A stretch of 64,000 bases of DNA from Oscillospiraceae bacterium (GTDB lineage Bacteria; Bacillota; Clostridia; Oscillospirales; Ruminococcaceae). Both the position numbers and the translations under genes were made by a program. The notes below the pieces were generated by a model. The model did no database searches. It saw only the letters and a list, made by a program, of their open reading frames with translations, and was not told where the DNA came from. Position 1 is the stretch's first letter. Each line of letters opens with the position of its first letter. Positions 62,976 through 64,000 of this stretch are shown here, piece after piece. The stretch lies in NCBI GenBank assembly GCA_017405465.1, contig JAFRAJ010000038.1:5360-69359 (forward strand). Reading direction: 5' to 3'.

Positions 62976-64000
62976 CCGGGAGAAAAAAAGCATAAAAAGA
63001 ACAGGACTGCCGCAATGGGAATATCTGGCATTCATTGCGGCGGTCTTCTTAACGTTTATTATCTGTGTATCCATAGGGACAGTAAGACTGCCCTGGACGG
63101 ACGTCCTGCATTATCTGCAGGATCTCATCTTCGGAACACAGCATGAATATGCAGTCTCCTCAGCGCCTCAGATCATGACCGTCAGAGTCCCGAGGGTCAT
63201 CTGTGTTGCACTCAGCGGTATGTCTCTGGCAATGTGCGGGTGCGCTATGCAGGGATTGCTTAAGAATCCATTGGCGGAAGGTTCTACGCTGGGAGTTTCT
63301 TCCGGGGCGGCGCTTGGAGCCATAATAGCGATCGCGTTCGACATTACAGTACCTGTCTTCACGCTTGCAGGTCCTACTGTTATGGCTATGCTGTTCGCAT
63401 TCGGTTCCATCATGCTGATACTGTTCCTGGCGTATAAACTGGACTATTCACTGTCTACCAATACCATAGTGCTGCTTGGCGTCATCTATTCGATGTTCAT
63501 CTCCAGCATCATCATGTTCATAACCACCTTCTCTTCAGAGAAGATAAGATCCATAACATTCTGGACTATGGGGTCACTTCAGGGCAGCACCTATACTGAA
63601 GCACTGATGCTGCTTTCGATGCTCGTGATCACTGGAACGGTGATACTGTCGAAGGCGGAGGAACTCAACGCATTCGCGATCGGTGAAGATAACGCCAGAA
63701 GCATCGGCATAGATGTCAGGAAAACGAGACTAACGATACTGATAGCAGTATCTGCTCTGATAGGGACCTGTGTTTCCATCGGAGGATCCATCGGATTTGT
63801 TGGTCTGGTAGTGCCGCACATGACCAGAATGATAGTGGGGCCGAACCATAAGAGGCTGCTGCCTGCAACTCTGTTCTCCGGAGCGGTGTTCCTGATGCTC
63901 ATGGATCTCATCTCAAGAACGATCCTCAGACCGAGAGAGCTGCCGATAGGAGCAGTGACGTCACTGATCGGCGCAGTCCTGTTCGTCTTCATATTTGCAG
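62962..64000 (+). CDS. FecCD-family ABC permease (BtuC-like), 3' end outside window
   Basis: Not in the ORF track because no stop occurs before the window end. Manual translation from ATG 62962 gives MKPRNREKKSIKRTGLPQWEYLAFIAAVFL...RVPRVICVALSGMSLAMCGCAMQGLLKNPLAEGSTLGVSSGAALG, a typical FecCD pattern. Overlaps the SBP stop by 14 nt. Confidence 0.75.
   Translation, partial: MKPRNREKKSIKRTGLPQWEYLAFIAAVFLTFIICVSIGTVRLPWTDVLHYLQDLIFGTQHEYAVSSAPQIMTVRVPRVICVALSGMSLAMCGCAMQGLLKNPLAEGSTLGVSSGAALGAIIAIAFDITVPVFTLAGPTVMAMLFAFGSIMLILFLAYKLDYSLSTNTIVLLGVIYSMFISSIIMFITTFSSEKIRSITFWTMGSLQGSTYTEALMLLSMLVITGTVILSKAEELNAFAIGEDNARSIGIDVRKTRLTILIAVSALIGTCVSIGGSIGFVGLVVPHMTRMIVGPNHKRLLPATLFSGAVFLMLMDLISRTILRPRELPIGAVTSLIGAVLFVFIFA

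Noticed and set aside
1-64000. Mobile elements, prophage, rRNA/tRNA genes, CRISPR arrays
   Set aside because: No transposase, integrase, recombinase or phage structural motifs appear in any long ORF. No long terminal inverted repeats were noticed by eye, and no RNA gene signatures. A computational repeat/tRNA scan would be needed to exclude small elements.

Overview
All calls come from reading the sequence and the ORF translations; no homology search, RNA folding or covariance tool was run. The window looks like a chromosomal segment of a Firmicutes/Clostridia-type genome, with GGAGG-type RBSs, lipoprotein substrate-binding proteins, a T-box leader and tightly overlapping operons.

Layout:
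- 0-17.6 kb: a BtuFCD-like importer runs directly into a long co-directional anaerobic cobamide operon: cbiA-C-D-F-G-H, a cbiJ-cbiE-cbiT triple fusion, cbiB, cobD, cobQ, cobO, cobT, cobU, cobS, a degenerate mini-CobU and cobC.
- 17.6-25.3 kb: housekeeping genes nagB, a zinc-ribbon/proline-rich protein, pepF, an Rrf2 regulator with nifS-iscU, and cysK.
- 25.3-37.4 kb: mixed accessory genes. These include a VOC protein, a MORN plus tandem AAA+ ATPase coupled to a 6-TM protein, two divergent FucI-family isomerases flanking xylB, a pentapeptide-repeat protein and DUF2200.
- 37.4-41 kb: a Trp-type T-box leader controlling an ABC transporter plus a GNAT.
- 41.1-44.9 kb: a LexA-like / Y-family polymerase / YolD-like / SRAP / ThpR cassette.
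- 44.9-61.6 kb: tandem esterases, unknown membrane proteins, an OYE flavoenzyme, hom, rpoD, a nitroreductase, a MATE pump, a second M3 peptidase, YhhN and a GH36 alpha-galactosidase.
- 61.7-64 kb: a cobalamin riboswitch followed by a second BtuFC-like importer that runs off the window.

No rRNA, tRNA, CRISPR array, transposase or integrase was recognised.

Most interesting candidates:
1. A Met/Cys-rich leader ORF plus terminator upstream of cysK, a possible translation-coupled cysteine attenuator.
2. The five-gene SOS-type cassette, which has a non-Cheo-box palindromic operator and a UmuD-like Cys-Gly cleavage site in its repressor.
3. The MORN-2xAAA+/membrane-protein pair.
4. A xylulokinase flanked by two FucI-family isomerases with no xylA in the window.
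5. Unusual cobamide-operon architecture: paired CobU paralogues, an extended BtuD, and the CbiJ-E-T fusion.
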